A DNA stretch of 64,000 nucleotides from NCBI GenBank assembly GCA_944369075.1, contig CALVXK010000004.1, forward strand, positions 9,078 to 73,077, in the 5' to 3' direction. Position numbers and translations under genes: made by a program. The stretch is from an uncultured Bacilli bacterium (GTDB lineage Bacteria > Bacillota_I > Bacilli_A > RFN20 > CAG-826). Shown in pieces: positions 37,999-49,083 of this stretch. The notes under the pieces were generated by a model that was not told the origin of the DNA, did not search any database, and was given only the letters and a program-made list of their open reading frames with translations. How positions within the stretch are numbered: position 1 is the first letter of the stretch; each line of letters opens with the position of its first letter.

Positions 37999-40848
37999 TT
38001 ATTCTCTATCTTTTTTAAGAATTTCTTTTAAATATTCACCTGTATAAGATCTAGGATTTTGTGCTACTTCTTCAGGTGTTCCTGAAGCAATAATTTCTCC
38101 TCCTTTATCTCCTCCATCAGGTCCAATATCAATTATATAATCAGCCATTTTAATAACATCGAGATTATGTTCAATAACTAAAACAGTATCTCCATTACTT
38201 ACTAATGCTTCTAAAACCTTTAAAAGCTTAGCAACATCATCTGTATGTAACCCGGTTGTTGGCTCATCGAGGATATATAATGTTTTTCCGGTAGGTTTTT
38301 TCTCTAAATAGTAAGCAAGTTTAACTCTTTGAGCTTCACCACCACTTAAAGTAACCGCATTTTGACCTAGTTTTATATAAGTTAAACCAACATCACATAA
38401 GGTTTTTAATTTATGAGCAAGTTGAGGAATATTTTTAAAGAATTCATATGCCTCATCAACTCTCATTTCTAATACATCATAAATAGATTTACCTTTATAT
38501 AAACACGATAAAGTTTCTTCGTTATATCTTTTACCATCACATTCATCACATTTTACATATACATCAGGTAAAAAATTCATTGGAATTCTTGTAACACCTG
38601 CACCTTGGCAGTGTTCGCATCTTCCGCCAGGAACATTAAATGAGAATCTAGATTTATTATATCCTTTGGCTTTTGCTTCAGGTGTCATAGCAAAAATCTC
38701 TCTAATATCATCAAAAGCTTTTATGTAAGTAGCTGGATTTGATCTAGGAGTTTTACCAATTGGCTCTTGAGAAATATTAATTACCTTATCGATATTTTCA
38801 CTTCCTAAAAGCTCAGTATATGGCCCTGGATTTGTTTCCACGTGGGAAATTTCCCTATATAAAGCTTTATATAAAGTCTCATTAACTAATGAAGATTTAC
38901 CACTTCCTGAAACACCAGTAACACAAATTAATGTTCCGAGAGGAAATTTAGCATTTATATTTTTAAGATTGTTCAAAGAACACCCTTGTATCTCAATATA
39001 TTTACCATTTCCTTTTCTTCTAGTCTTAGGCACTAATATTTTCTTTTTTCCAGATAAATATTGTCCTGTTAAAGAATTAGGATTATCTTCAATATCTTTT
39101 AATGTACCCTTAGCAACTACTTCTCCACCATGTTCTCCAGCTTTAGGACCAATATCAACTATATAGTCAGCAGCTTTAATCATTTCATCATCGTGTTCAA
39201 CAACAATTAAGGTATTACCTAAATCTCTCATTTCTTTTAAGGATGCAATGAGTTTTGCACTATCTTTTTGATGTAAACCAATAGAAGGTTCATCTAAAAC
39301 ATATAAAACTCCACTAAGTTTACTTCCAATTTGAGTAGCAAGTCTAATTCTTTGAGATTCACCACCGCTTAAAGTCATTGCGTATCTAGATAAAGTTAAA
39401 TACTCTAAACCTACATCAATTAAAAATTCGGTTCTATTTAACACTTCATTTAATACAAGATTAACAATATTTAAATCGTGTTCACTTAACTTTGATTTTA
39501 AATCAATAACCCATTGATGTAATTTTTCTATTGTTAAAGAACATACATCCCAGATGTTTTTATTATCAATATAAACTGATAAAACAGCCTTATTTAATCT
39601 AGCACCATGACATTCACTACAAATAGTATCTTTTAAGAATTTAGCATAATAAGTACGCATAAATTCACTACTTGTCTCATGGTATAATCTTTCAATTCTT
39701 TTCTTAACGCCTTCGATATAATCGTATTTCTTTTGAATAGAACCATTATTTCTATAAATTGTATAATCAATTGGCTCTCTTGAACCATTTAAAATAATAT
39801 CAACTTGATCATCGCTTAATTCAGAAAAAGGAACATCATCAGGTATTTTATAAAAATCAATTAATTTCTTAAAAGCAACCCAATCAGTATTATTTGTATC
39901 AATTTGATTTTTATAAAATAAAATTGCTCCTTCTTTAATTGATAAAGATTTATCAGGAACTAATAAATTAATATCTACTTCTTGTTTTATGCCTAATCCT
40001 GAACAAGAAGGACATGCTCCTAAAGGGTTATTAAAAGAAAACAATCTTGGTTCAAGTTTAGGAATAGTAAATCCACAAATAGGGCAGGCGTTTTTCTCAC
40101 TATATAACTTTTCTTCACCATTTGTATCAACAACAACAAATCCATTACCATAATTTGTTGCTAGTTCAATATCTTCAAAAAGTCTAGATTTAATTCCTTC
40201 TTTTTTTACTAATCTATCAATAACAATATAAATAGAATGTTTTTGATTCTTATTTAAATCTTTTACTTCTTCAATACGTAAAAGTTCGCCATCAAGTCTA
40301 ATACGAGTAAATCCATCTTTGGCAATTTTTTCTAAAGTTGCTTTATGAGTGCCTTTTTCACTTTTAACAACTGGAGCAAGAATAATTATTTTTGAGCCTT
40401 CATTACACTCTAAAACTTTATCAACAATTTTAGGTACAGAAAAAGCTACAATTGGAACATGGTGATTTGGACAATAAGGTATACCAATTCTTGAATATAA
40501 AAGACGTAAATAATCGTAAATTTCAGTAACAGTTCCTACAGTTGATCTTGGGTTATGTGAGGTAGACTTTTGATCAATTGAAATTGAAGGAGATAAACCT
40601 TCAATTGATTCAACATCTGGTTTTTCAAAATTTCCTAAAAATTGTCTAGCATATGAAGAAAGAGATTCAACATATCTTCTTTGACCTTCAGCAAAAATAG
40701 TATCAAAAGCTAAGGTAGATTTTCCACTACCTGATACTCCACTAAATACAATAAGTTTATTTTTTGGTAAATCTAAATTTATATTTTTAAGGTTGTTTTC
40801 TTTAGCACCTTTAATTCTAATCAAACTGTTATCACCTAATTTTTCCAT
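37999..40848 (-). CDS. uvrA: excinuclease ABC subunit A
   Basis: Two ABC ATPase modules (GVSGSGKST twice, LSGGE twice) and zinc-finger CxxC pairs. Length 949 aa. Confidence 0.95.
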   Translation of the reverse strand: MEKLGDNSLIRIKGAKENNLKNINLDLPKNKLIVFSGVSGSGKSTLAFDTIFAEGQRRYVESLSSYARQFLGNFEKPDVESIEGLSPSISIDQKSTSHNPRSTVGTVTEIYDYLRLLYSRIGIPYCPNHHVPIVAFSVPKIVDKVLECNEGSKIIILAPVVKSEKGTHKATLEKIAKDGFTRIRLDGELLRIEEVKDLNKNQKHSIYIVIDRLVKKEGIKSRLFEDIELATNYGNGFVVVDTNGEEKLYSEKNACPICGFTIPKLEPRLFSFNNPLGACPSCSGLGIKQEVDINLLVPDKSLSIKEGAILFYKNQIDTNNTDWVAFKKLIDFYKIPDDVPFSELSDDQVDIILNGSREPIDYTIYRNNGSIQKKYDYIEGVKKRIERLYHETSSEFMRTYYAKFLKDTICSECHGARLNKAVLSVYIDNKNIWDVCSLTIEKLHQWVIDLKSKLSEHDLNIVNLVLNEVLNRTEFLIDVGLEYLTLSRYAMTLSGGESQRIRLATQIGSKLSGVLYVLDEPSIGLHQKDSAKLIASLKEMRDLGNTLIVVEHDDEMIKAADYIVDIGPKAGEHGGEVVAKGTLKDIEDNPNSLTGQYLSGKKKILVPKTRRKGNGKYIEIQGCSLNNLKNINAKFPLGTLICVTGVSGSGKSSLVNETLYKALYREISHVETNPGPYTELLGSENIDKVINISQEPIGKTPRSNPATYIKAFDDIREIFAMTPEAKAKGYNKSRFSFNVPGGRCEHCQGAGVTRIPMNFLPDVYVKCDECDGKRYNEETLSCLYKGKSIYDVLEMRVDEAYEFFKNIPQLAHKLKTLCDVGLTYIKLGQNAVTLSGGEAQRVKLAYYLEKKPTGKTLYILDEPTTGLHTDDVAKLLKVLEALVSNGDTVLVIEHNLDVIKMADYIIDIGPDGGDKGGEIIASGTPEEVAQNPRSYTGEYLKEILKKDRE

Positions 40849-40884
40849 ACCGAAACATTATAAACTTTTTTAATTAATTATAAA

Positions 40885-40935
40885 AACGAGATATCTTCTT
40901 TTTCATAGAAAAAGAAGGAAGAAATTAAATTCTTC
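40885..40935 (-). terminator. tandem hairpins downstream of the Fe-ADH gene
   Basis: GGAAGAA-(6)-TTCTTCC and CTTCTTTTTC-ATA-GAAAAAGAAG (10-bp stem) are followed by TTTTTATAA on the minus strand. Confidence 0.5.
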
Positions 40936-40968
40936 CTTCTTTCGACAAATTGATTATTTATGATTAAC

Positions 40969-42174
40969 CTAGAATTTATATGGAGTGTTGTAGTAGCAGC
41001 ATTTGAAGAGTTCTTCCATAGTCTTATCATCGATAGGATTTGGGTTAGTTCCTGTACATGCATCACCAACTGCTTCATGAGAAATGAAGGATAATTTTTC
41101 TAAGAATTCATCTTCTTTAACACCAAATTCTTTCATTGAATGTGGAATTCCGAGTAAAGTATTTAATTCATGAATTCTGTTAACTAAGCCTTGAGTTTGT
41201 TCATGAGCATCATGTCCTTGAATACCCATAGCTGTTGCGATTTGAGCATATCTTTCAAGAGCAACTTTATTGTTTGCATTGTATTCAATGACGTGTGGTA
41301 AATACATAGCATTAGCACAACCGTGTGGAATGTGACCTGTTGAGAAAGCAGCACCTGATTTATGAGCCATTGAGTGGACAATACCAAGTAATGCGTTAGA
41401 GAATGCCATACCAGCTAAGCATTGAGCATAGTGCATTTCTTCTCTGCCTCTTCCTTCTGGATTATTATAAGAATCAACAAGATAAGTATTAACCATTTGA
41501 ATAGCTTTTAATGATAAACATTCTGTAAATGGTGTAGCGATTGTACCAACGTAAGATTCGATAGCATGTGTTAAAGCATCCATACCTGTATAAGCAACTT
41601 GTACTTTTGGTAAGCCTCTAACGATATCTGGATCAACGATAGCTACATCTGGTGTAATTTCGAAGTCTGCTAAAGGATATTTAATACCTTTTGCATAGTC
41701 TGTAATAACAGAGAATGCTGTAACTTCTGTTGCTGTACCACTAGTTGAAGGAATAGCGCAGAATTTTGCTTTTTCTCTTAAATGTGGGAATGAGAATGGT
41801 GTGCATAATGTTTCAAAAGTTGTTTCTGGGTGTTCATAGAATGCCCACATAGCTTTTGCAGCATCAATTGGAGAACCACCACCGATTGAAACGATCCAAT
41901 CTGGTTGGAATTTTCTCATTGCTTCAGCACCTTTCATAACTGTTTCAATAGATGGATCTGGTTCAACGCCAGAAAATACTTCGACTTCGAAGCCCGCTTC
42001 TTTTAAATAGTTAACAGTTTTATCTAAGAAACCGCTAGCTTGCATTGCATGTCCACCTGTGACAACAATAGCTCTTTTGCCTTTTAAATTCTTTAATTCA
42101 GCTAAAGAACCACTTCCATAGTAAACATCTCTAGGTAATGTAAATCTTGACATATAATTCCTCCTATTTGTCAA
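40969..42174 (-). CDS. iron-containing alcohol dehydrogenase (lactaldehyde/propanediol/butanol dehydrogenase family)
   Basis: Fe-ADH signature GGGSPIDAAKA and the conserved His cluster GHIPHGCANAM. GC content is visibly higher than in flanking genes. Confidence 0.85.
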   Translation of the reverse strand: MTNRRNYMSRFTLPRDVYYGSGSLAELKNLKGKRAIVVTGGHAMQASGFLDKTVNYLKEAGFEVEVFSGVEPDPSIETVMKGAEAMRKFQPDWIVSIGGGSPIDAAKAMWAFYEHPETTFETLCTPFSFPHLREKAKFCAIPSTSGTATEVTAFSVITDYAKGIKYPLADFEITPDVAIVDPDIVRGLPKVQVAYTGMDALTHAIESYVGTIATPFTECLSLKAIQMVNTYLVDSYNNPEGRGREEMHYAQCLAGMAFSNALLGIVHSMAHKSGAAFSTGHIPHGCANAMYLPHVIEYNANNKVALERYAQIATAMGIQGHDAHEQTQGLVNRIHELNTLLGIPHSMKEFGVKEDEFLEKLSFISHEAVGDACTGTNPNPIDDKTMEELFKCCYYNTPYKF

Positions 42175-42473
42175 AAATTCTATACCAATATTTTATACTC
42201 TTAGCGGTAAATATTAAACAGAAATCTTTATTTTTTAAAAGCGATTATCACTTGATTTACATTTATGATTTCTTGATTATTTTTTATTTTTGAATTGACA
42301 ATTTTTTATAAGTTTCTAAACATACTAAGTATGTTTGATGGTTTATAATTAACTTAAATAGATTTTATTTTAAAAAGAATATAAAAAATGTAAATTATTA
42401 CGTATCAAGATCTCTATGGAAAAGATTGCAATATTAAATGAGTCAAATTATTATAATTTTCGTTTTTATAAAA

Positions 42474-42512
42474 AGACTGTTTAGTCTTGAAATTATCTTT
42501 TACTAAACAGTC
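42474..42512 (-). terminator. rho-independent terminator of the macro-domain gene
   Basis: 11-bp perfect stem GACTGTTTAGT-(16 nt)-ACTAAACAGTC followed by TTTTTATAAAAAC on the minus strand. Confidence 0.55.
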
Positions 42513-42518
42513 ATTTCG

Positions 42519-43430
42519 TTAAACACTCTTTTTTGATAATAAATCGAGATTATAGTAGAACAAACAATCATTAATCTTTAATACATCATAGGTACCATTT
42601 TTGATATAGAATTCAATAATTAAATCAAAGATAGAACCTTTGCCAAAATTATAACCCATACTAGAAACTAACTTATTAATATCTTCAAGTGGTAGCTTCA
42701 AAGCTATACCGATAGAAAGAAGAATGCTCTTAGGAATGATATAAGTTTGATCATCTCTAATCTTTTTTAACATATCTTTATCAAGATTACCTTCAACAAT
42801 AATTTCTTCATCGCTCATGCCTTTTTCTTTTTGGTATTTCTCTATTAATTTTAAAGTTTCTACATTATTTTCTCTTAGATTATTAGGAAGTGGTTTTCCA
42901 TCATATCTAGAGTTCAAATATTTAGAAAGTGTTGCTTTAAATTCATCATCGAAAATATTTAATTGTTGTTTAAATAAAACAACATATAAATCAGTATCTA
43001 AATGCTTTGAAAAATATGATTTTAATTCACTTTTTTCAACATCATAGCATTCTTCTAAAGGATAATTAAAATCGCTAGATAAAATTGGAAAAGCAGCAGA
43101 TTTAAAATTATTTTTCTCTAATAATTTAAAAACGTTTTCGTATGTTGAACGTAATAATTTTTCTTCTCTATGCTTTCCGTTTATATAATTAGGTGCAACA
43201 GCATGAATAATTGCTTTTGTATTATCGATTCCAAAAGATTCTGTAATTACCGCGTGGCCAACGTCGCAATGACCAATCTTTCTTAAAGCTCCTTGTAACT
43301 CTAAATCTCCAGCCTTATGAAAAATTGCTCTACTTACACCTTCAACCATTCTAAGGTTTACGTTTGCGTTTGCTACAATTGCATCAACGTACATGTTTAC
43401 TAAATCACCACGAATCAAATAAATTGCCAT
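42519..43430 (-). CDS. macro-domain (ADP-ribose-binding/processing) protein with a C-terminal domain of unknown function
   Basis: N-terminus IRGDLVNMYVDAIVANANVNL...HAVAPNY has the macro fold motifs. The C-terminal 130 aa are unassigned. Confidence 0.65.
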   Translation of the reverse strand: MAIYLIRGDLVNMYVDAIVANANVNLRMVEGVSRAIFHKAGDLELQGALRKIGHCDVGHAVITESFGIDNTKAIIHAVAPNYINGKHREEKLLRSTYENVFKLLEKNNFKSAAFPILSSDFNYPLEECYDVEKSELKSYFSKHLDTDLYVVLFKQQLNIFDDEFKATLSKYLNSRYDGKPLPNNLRENNVETLKLIEKYQKEKGMSDEEIIVEGNLDKDMLKKIRDDQTYIIPKSILLSIGIALKLPLEDINKLVSSMGYNFGKGSIFDLIIEFYIKNGTYDVLKINDCLFYYNLDLLSKKSV

Positions 43431-43819
43431 ATAAAAACTCTTCTTTTTCGAGAAGATAGTATAATAATTTTTGAATTAAATTTCAAACTTTTGTGGCAGT
43501 TTTAGCATATAAATTCTTAACTTTAGATTCGGATTTAACTATAGTAAAATTTATTATTAGTTTGTTTAACTTAAATTATTGGTACTCGACTATTTTTCTT
43601 TCTTTAAATCTTTGTTTATTAGAAAATACAAATTTATTTTCTCGTAACTTGTCAATTAAAACCACTAAAACAATCTAGGTTTTTTTTATAAAAATAATGT
43701 AATATTTAATACTAGAAAAACTTGTATATAGGCTAGATTTTAGCGTAATTACTACAAGATTTTAAAAAACGTCGATAAATGGTATACTTTTCCTCGTGAA
43801 AATTTGAGGAAACTTTTTT

Positions 43820-44692
43820 ATGAAAATTGCAATTATTACAGACGATGCAGCTTCATTCACTAAAGAGGAAGCTTCAAAATTAGGAATTATAATTCTAAGA
43901 ATGCCAATGATCATCAACGGAGAGGTATATTTCCAAGATGAAAACATTGATGAAGATACATTTATTAAGAAATTAGAGGGCGGTGAAGACTGTTCTACAA
44001 GTCAACCTTCTCCAGGTGAAGTAATGGATCTTTGGAGAAAACTTTTAAAAGATCACGACCAAATTGTTCATATTCCAATGTCATCAGGTCTTAGCGCAAC
44101 TTGTACTACCGCTACTCAACTTGCTCAAGACGAAGAATTTAAAGGGAAAGTTTTTATTGTTGATAATCATAGAATTGAGCCAACATTAAAAGAAAGTGTA
44201 AGAGACGCTGTAAAACTTGCACAAAGCGGCAAAACTGCTCAAGAAATTCAGCAAATCTTAAATAATGATGGTCCAAATTCATCTATCTATATCATGGTAA
44301 ACACTTTAAAATACCTTAAAAAAGGTGGAAGAATTACTCCCGCAGCTGCTTTACTTGGCGGAGCACTTCATTTAAAACCAGTCTTATCAATTTTTGGTGG
44401 AAAACTAGACGCTTATGCAAAAGCAATCGGTGTTAAAAAAGCAAAACAAGTAATGATTGATGCAATTAAAAAAGATTTAGAAACTAAGTTCAAAGGCGTT
44501 CCTAAATCTGAATTATATTTTTCAATCGCTTATTCACAAAACTTAGATGAGGCAAAACAATTCGAAAAAGAATTTAAAGAAGCAATTGGTATTGATCAAG
44601 TTGAATTAAATACATTGTCTTGTTTAATTGTAACTCATACAGGCCCAGGTATTCTTGCTTGTACCGTAGCAAAAAGATCAAGTTCTAATTAA
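43820..44692 (+). CDS. degV: DegV-family fatty-acid-binding protein
   Basis: MKIAIITDDAASFTKEEASKLGIIILRMPMIINGEVY is a typical DegV N-terminus. Confidence 0.85.
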   Translation: MKIAIITDDAASFTKEEASKLGIIILRMPMIINGEVYFQDENIDEDTFIKKLEGGEDCSTSQPSPGEVMDLWRKLLKDHDQIVHIPMSSGLSATCTTATQLAQDEEFKGKVFIVDNHRIEPTLKESVRDAVKLAQSGKTAQEIQQILNNDGPNSSIYIMVNTLKYLKKGGRITPAAALLGGALHLKPVLSIFGGKLDAYAKAIGVKKAKQVMIDAIKKDLETKFKGVPKSELYFSIAYSQNLDEAKQFEKEFKEAIGIDQVELNTLSCLIVTHTGPGILACTVAKRSSSN

Positions 44693-44781
44693 TCATAACT
44701 CTCCAAAATATGTCTCATTCAAAAATGAGGCATATTTTCTTTATTTAAAATAGTCTCATTTGTTTGTAAAATTAATATGCT

Positions 44782-45114
44782 ATGGACAGAGGGATGAAAA
44801 AGTGGCTTCCTTTTGCTTCACTTATTGAGCAAGGCAAGTTCTTAGAACAAATGATTTATCAAAAATATAAGGTCGAAAAACCTTTAGTTTTTAACGAACA
44901 ATGCCGTAAAATCAACAATATTTTATGTAATTACGATTATAAAACCCCTCTTGAATTAAAAATTTATTATGACGGATACATCTATCAAATAAAGGATACA
45001 ATCGTATATATAGATATAAAAAAGAAGATAGCCTATTTTAATGAATTCTATCTTCCTTTAAGAAATATAATTGATATTGAGGATCAATCAAATCCTTTTG
45101 ATTTTGTTTGCTAA
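44782..45114 (+). CDS. YolD-like protein (UmuD-like accessory family), orphan
   Basis: MDRGMKKWLPFASLIEQGKFLEQMI matches the DRGxIKW..F....EH..LL signature of the YolD-like family. Length 110 aa. Confidence 0.45.
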   Translation: MDRGMKKWLPFASLIEQGKFLEQMIYQKYKVEKPLVFNEQCRKINNILCNYDYKTPLELKIYYDGYIYQIKDTIVYIDIKKKIAYFNEFYLPLRNIIDIEDQSNPFDFVC

Positions 45115-45746
45115 TAACTTTTCATTGCATATATTGGATAAAGCATAAATATAATAGCAAATCCAAATGAAAAGAAATTAGAAATAAAAGTAATTAAATA
45201 TTGAAAGAATAAATCAAATCTTAAATTTAATAAAGAATTCCCAAGTGCTTCAACAACACTTCCATTATCTAAGAAAAATTGATAACAAGCTAAAGCAAAA
45301 AGAATAATTCCTAATACAACTAAAGCAATCAATAAACCTTTTTTAGGTTTTCTAGAGTTAATAATTAAGATAATAGAATAAGCAATTCCAATAGCTAATG
45401 AAGATAAAATAGGAATAATAATCAAATTTCCAGAAAACATACCTTCTAAAAGCATCATAATAGTAGGAATAAGATAAGTGCAAATTGCAAGGCAAAGCAT
45501 TGCATAAAGTGCACTTCCATTATCTCCACCTTTTGCTCTATAGAAATAAAAAGCTACTAAACAATAAAAAATTACATCAATTGCTAAAGAAAATATATTT
45601 AAACCTGATAAATTTACATTGTGACTAACGATTGCTCTCACAACTAAATCTAATATCATGAATAAGACATACATTAAGCAAACAATAGTCGCAAAATTTA
45701 AAAATCCATTACTAAAATTCAATCTCTTTTTCATAATAAAAACCAT
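45111..45746 (-). CDS. polytopic membrane protein, unknown function
   Basis: 211 aa with 5-6 TM helices. Confidence 0.45.
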   Translation of the reverse strand: MVFIMKKRLNFSNGFLNFATIVCLMYVLFMILDLVVRAIVSHNVNLSGLNIFSLAIDVIFYCLVAFYFYRAKGGDNGSALYAMLCLAICTYLIPTIMMLLEGMFSGNLIIIPILSSLAIGIAYSIILIINSRKPKKGLLIALVVLGIILFALACYQFFLDNGSVVEALGNSLLNLRFDLFFQYLITFISNFFSFGFAIIFMLYPIYAMKSY

Positions 45747-45772
45747 TATACATTAAAACTTGGTTTTAAAAA

Positions 45773-45805
45773 AGAGAGCTAATCACTTGACTAGCCCTCT
45801 ATTAT
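45773..45805 (-). terminator. rho-independent terminator of eno
   Basis: Minus-strand AGAGGGCTAGTCA-AG-TGATTAGCTCTCT hairpin followed by TTTTTT. Confidence 0.55.
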
Positions 45806-45826
45806 TACAAGTTAAATATAAATTGA

Positions 45827-47125
<1,299 letters not shown>

Positions 47126-47208
47126 TTAAGTATCTCCTTTTTAAAGTCATAATAATTATAGTAAAAATGAAAATAAATTTAAAATGAAATTGATAGTAAA
47201 ATTACTAA

Positions 47209-48108
47209 TCAATTAAAGTTTTTTTGCATTGAGTTAATTGTATCCTTATAAAGAGTATAAACAGGGTTATTTTTATCTAAAAATCTAATATAAATACTAC
47301 ATGATAAAAGTATAGAAACTACTTCTTTATATGATCTAGTTATGATAGTAATAATTTGAAATGGTTTAGTATAATCAATTTTAATAGTATTTTTGAAAGA
47401 TTTTTTTAATCTATTATAAACTTCTTTCGAAGCTTCAATTACAAAGGAACAAGTTGGATCTTTACCATAAATTTCATGATTTGGTAAGCTCTTAATTAAA
47501 TCTATATCTTGTTTATTCCTTTCAAATTTTTGATCAGGAACATAATCAACAAATTCAAGTTTTTCAACTGAATAAATTCTTAATGAATTTCTATAATATG
47601 CGAATAAATATACGAATCCATCGTAATTTTTAAAGCATAAAGGTTGAACGGAACACTCAAAAGGTTTCCCTTCTTTTATATATTTAATACGGATTGTTTC
47701 TTGAGTTCTAATAGCATCAACGATTTTAATCATTTTATCTAAGACTTTATCAGGAATTGTATCATTATGAAAAATAATATCATCTGATAAAACGATTCCA
47801 CCAATTTTCTTGGTGTTGAACATTTTTAAAACTCTAGGTGAGTTGAGTGTTAAATTAATAGCGTATAAATCATCTATAGAATCAAAAGCCGAATTATATA
47901 ATTTCTTTCCTTCATAGGAATAGCCACCTTTTTTTCCTTTTCTAGAAACTACTCCTAAAGGTTGAAGACGTTTTGCATATCTTGTTACAGTTCTTATATC
48001 AATATTAAATATACTTGCAATTTCATCACGAGAAACGATTTCAGGAGAATGAGTTTGCAAGTATTCAAGAATATTCACACAATTAATTAAATCTTGAGTT
48101 TGAATCAT
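47209..48108 (-). CDS. HTH-WYL-WCX transcriptional regulator (PafBC/BrxR/CapW-like)
   Basis: N-terminal HTH (SRDEIASIFNIDIRTVTRYAKRL) and a WYL-like core (IRIKYIKEGKPFECSVQPLCFKNYDGFVYLFAYYRNSLRIYSVEKL). Confidence 0.5.
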   Translation of the reverse strand: MIQTQDLINCVNILEYLQTHSPEIVSRDEIASIFNIDIRTVTRYAKRLQPLGVVSRKGKKGGYSYEGKKLYNSAFDSIDDLYAINLTLNSPRVLKMFNTKKIGGIVLSDDIIFHNDTIPDKVLDKMIKIVDAIRTQETIRIKYIKEGKPFECSVQPLCFKNYDGFVYLFAYYRNSLRIYSVEKLEFVDYVPDQKFERNKQDIDLIKSLPNHEIYGKDPTCSFVIEASKEVYNRLKKSFKNTIKIDYTKPFQIITIITRSYKEVVSILLSCSIYIRFLDKNNPVYTLYKDTINSMQKNFN

Positions 48109-48201
48109 AAATCTACCCCTTTTTACTTATTTAAATTGATATAAGAGCTAAATTAACGTGTTTTAATCATTTAAATGGGTATAACCGTCTATTTTTAACA
48201 T

Positions 48202-48561
48202 TGGTGGAGATGCGGAGAGTTGAACTCCGGTCCATAAGTAACCCTACATTACTTCTACAGCTTAGTAAGAATGTAAATTTAATTCCTCAAAGCTATTCTT
48301 ACAAACTTTTAAGGAACGAGATTATAGATACTAAGTTAGATTTATAATCATCACCTAACTAGACTTCTTAACTAATTCAAGCAATAAACTTAAGAAATTG
48401 AACGTTTAAGGCTTGCGCATTCCTTTAATCTAAGATAATTCTGCAACTAAGCAGCGAATGCTAAATTTTGTGTTCTGTTGCCAGATATTTTTATAGTGAT
48501 TAGGTCACAACTCCGCTGCACATAATGCCAAGTCGAGATATGTCGAAACCAAGACATCCCC
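48202..48561 (-). ncRNA. ssrA: tmRNA (SsrA), 360 nt
   Basis: 5' GGGGATGTCTTGGTTTCGAC and 3' GGACCGGAGTTCAACTCTCCGCATCTCCACCA form the tRNA-Ala-like acceptor and T-arm with a G3.U70 pair. The predicted tag ORF is GGC AAC AGA ACA CAA AAT TTA GCA TTC GCT GCT TAG, giving GNRTQNLAFAA. Confidence 0.85.
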
Positions 48562-48570
48562 AGTAATTTA

Positions 48571-48600
48571 ATTATAAGTGTCAAAAAACTTAGTTTTCAA
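48571..48600 (-). promoter_or_regulatory. sigma-A-type promoter of ssrA overlapping the Nudix stop codon
   Basis: Minus strand TTGAAA, 18 nt, TATAAT, then 10 nt to the mature tmRNA 5' end. Confidence 0.5.
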
Positions 48601-49003
48601 TCATTATATTCAGCAATTCAACAAAATCTTGCGATAAATCAAATTTGTTTATATCGTTCCTATTTACCAACAAAACTTCTCCTTCTTTGCTAGATTTAAT
48701 AGCACCTCTAAATTTATTGCTTTTATATAAAAATGCAAGGTATCTAGAACCATCTTCCCAGGGCCATTCATATACTCCACAAGGTTTTACTTCTAAAAGT
48801 TCTAAACCAGTCTCTTCTTTAGCTTCTCTAAAGACACTTTCTAAAATAGTTTCATCTTTTTCAACATGTCCTCCTGGAAATGTTAATCCAGGCCAATCTT
48901 TCTTCTTTCTATTAATAACAAGTATCTCATCTCCTTTATAAATAAGAATCATGTTCGTTAATATGCATTTTTGATATTTGTTATCCATTTTAATTACCCA
49001 CAA
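48590..49003 (-). CDS. Nudix hydrolase
   Basis: Nudix box GGHVEKDETILESVFREAKEETGL. Confidence 0.8.
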   Translation of the reverse strand: MWVIKMDNKYQKCILTNMILIYKGDEILVINRKKKDWPGLTFPGGHVEKDETILESVFREAKEETGLELLEVKPCGVYEWPWEDGSRYLAFLYKSNKFRGAIKSSKEGEVLLVNRNDINKFDLSQDFVELLNIMIEN

Positions 49004-49083
49004 TTTAACAAAATTTCTCTAATAAGTTTTTGTTATTATACCTTAAATAGTATATACTATTTAAACGTTGAGGTGATTATTAA

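Noticed and set aside
40878-41078. 66-aa ORF at the 3' end of the ADH gene
   Set aside because: It lies out of frame over the ADH C-terminus and the terminator hairpins. No RBS.
43493-43947. Two 61-aa ORFs in the macro/degV intergenic region
   Set aside because: AT-rich intergenic sequence with no RBS. One runs into the degV start. More likely promoter or regulatory DNA.
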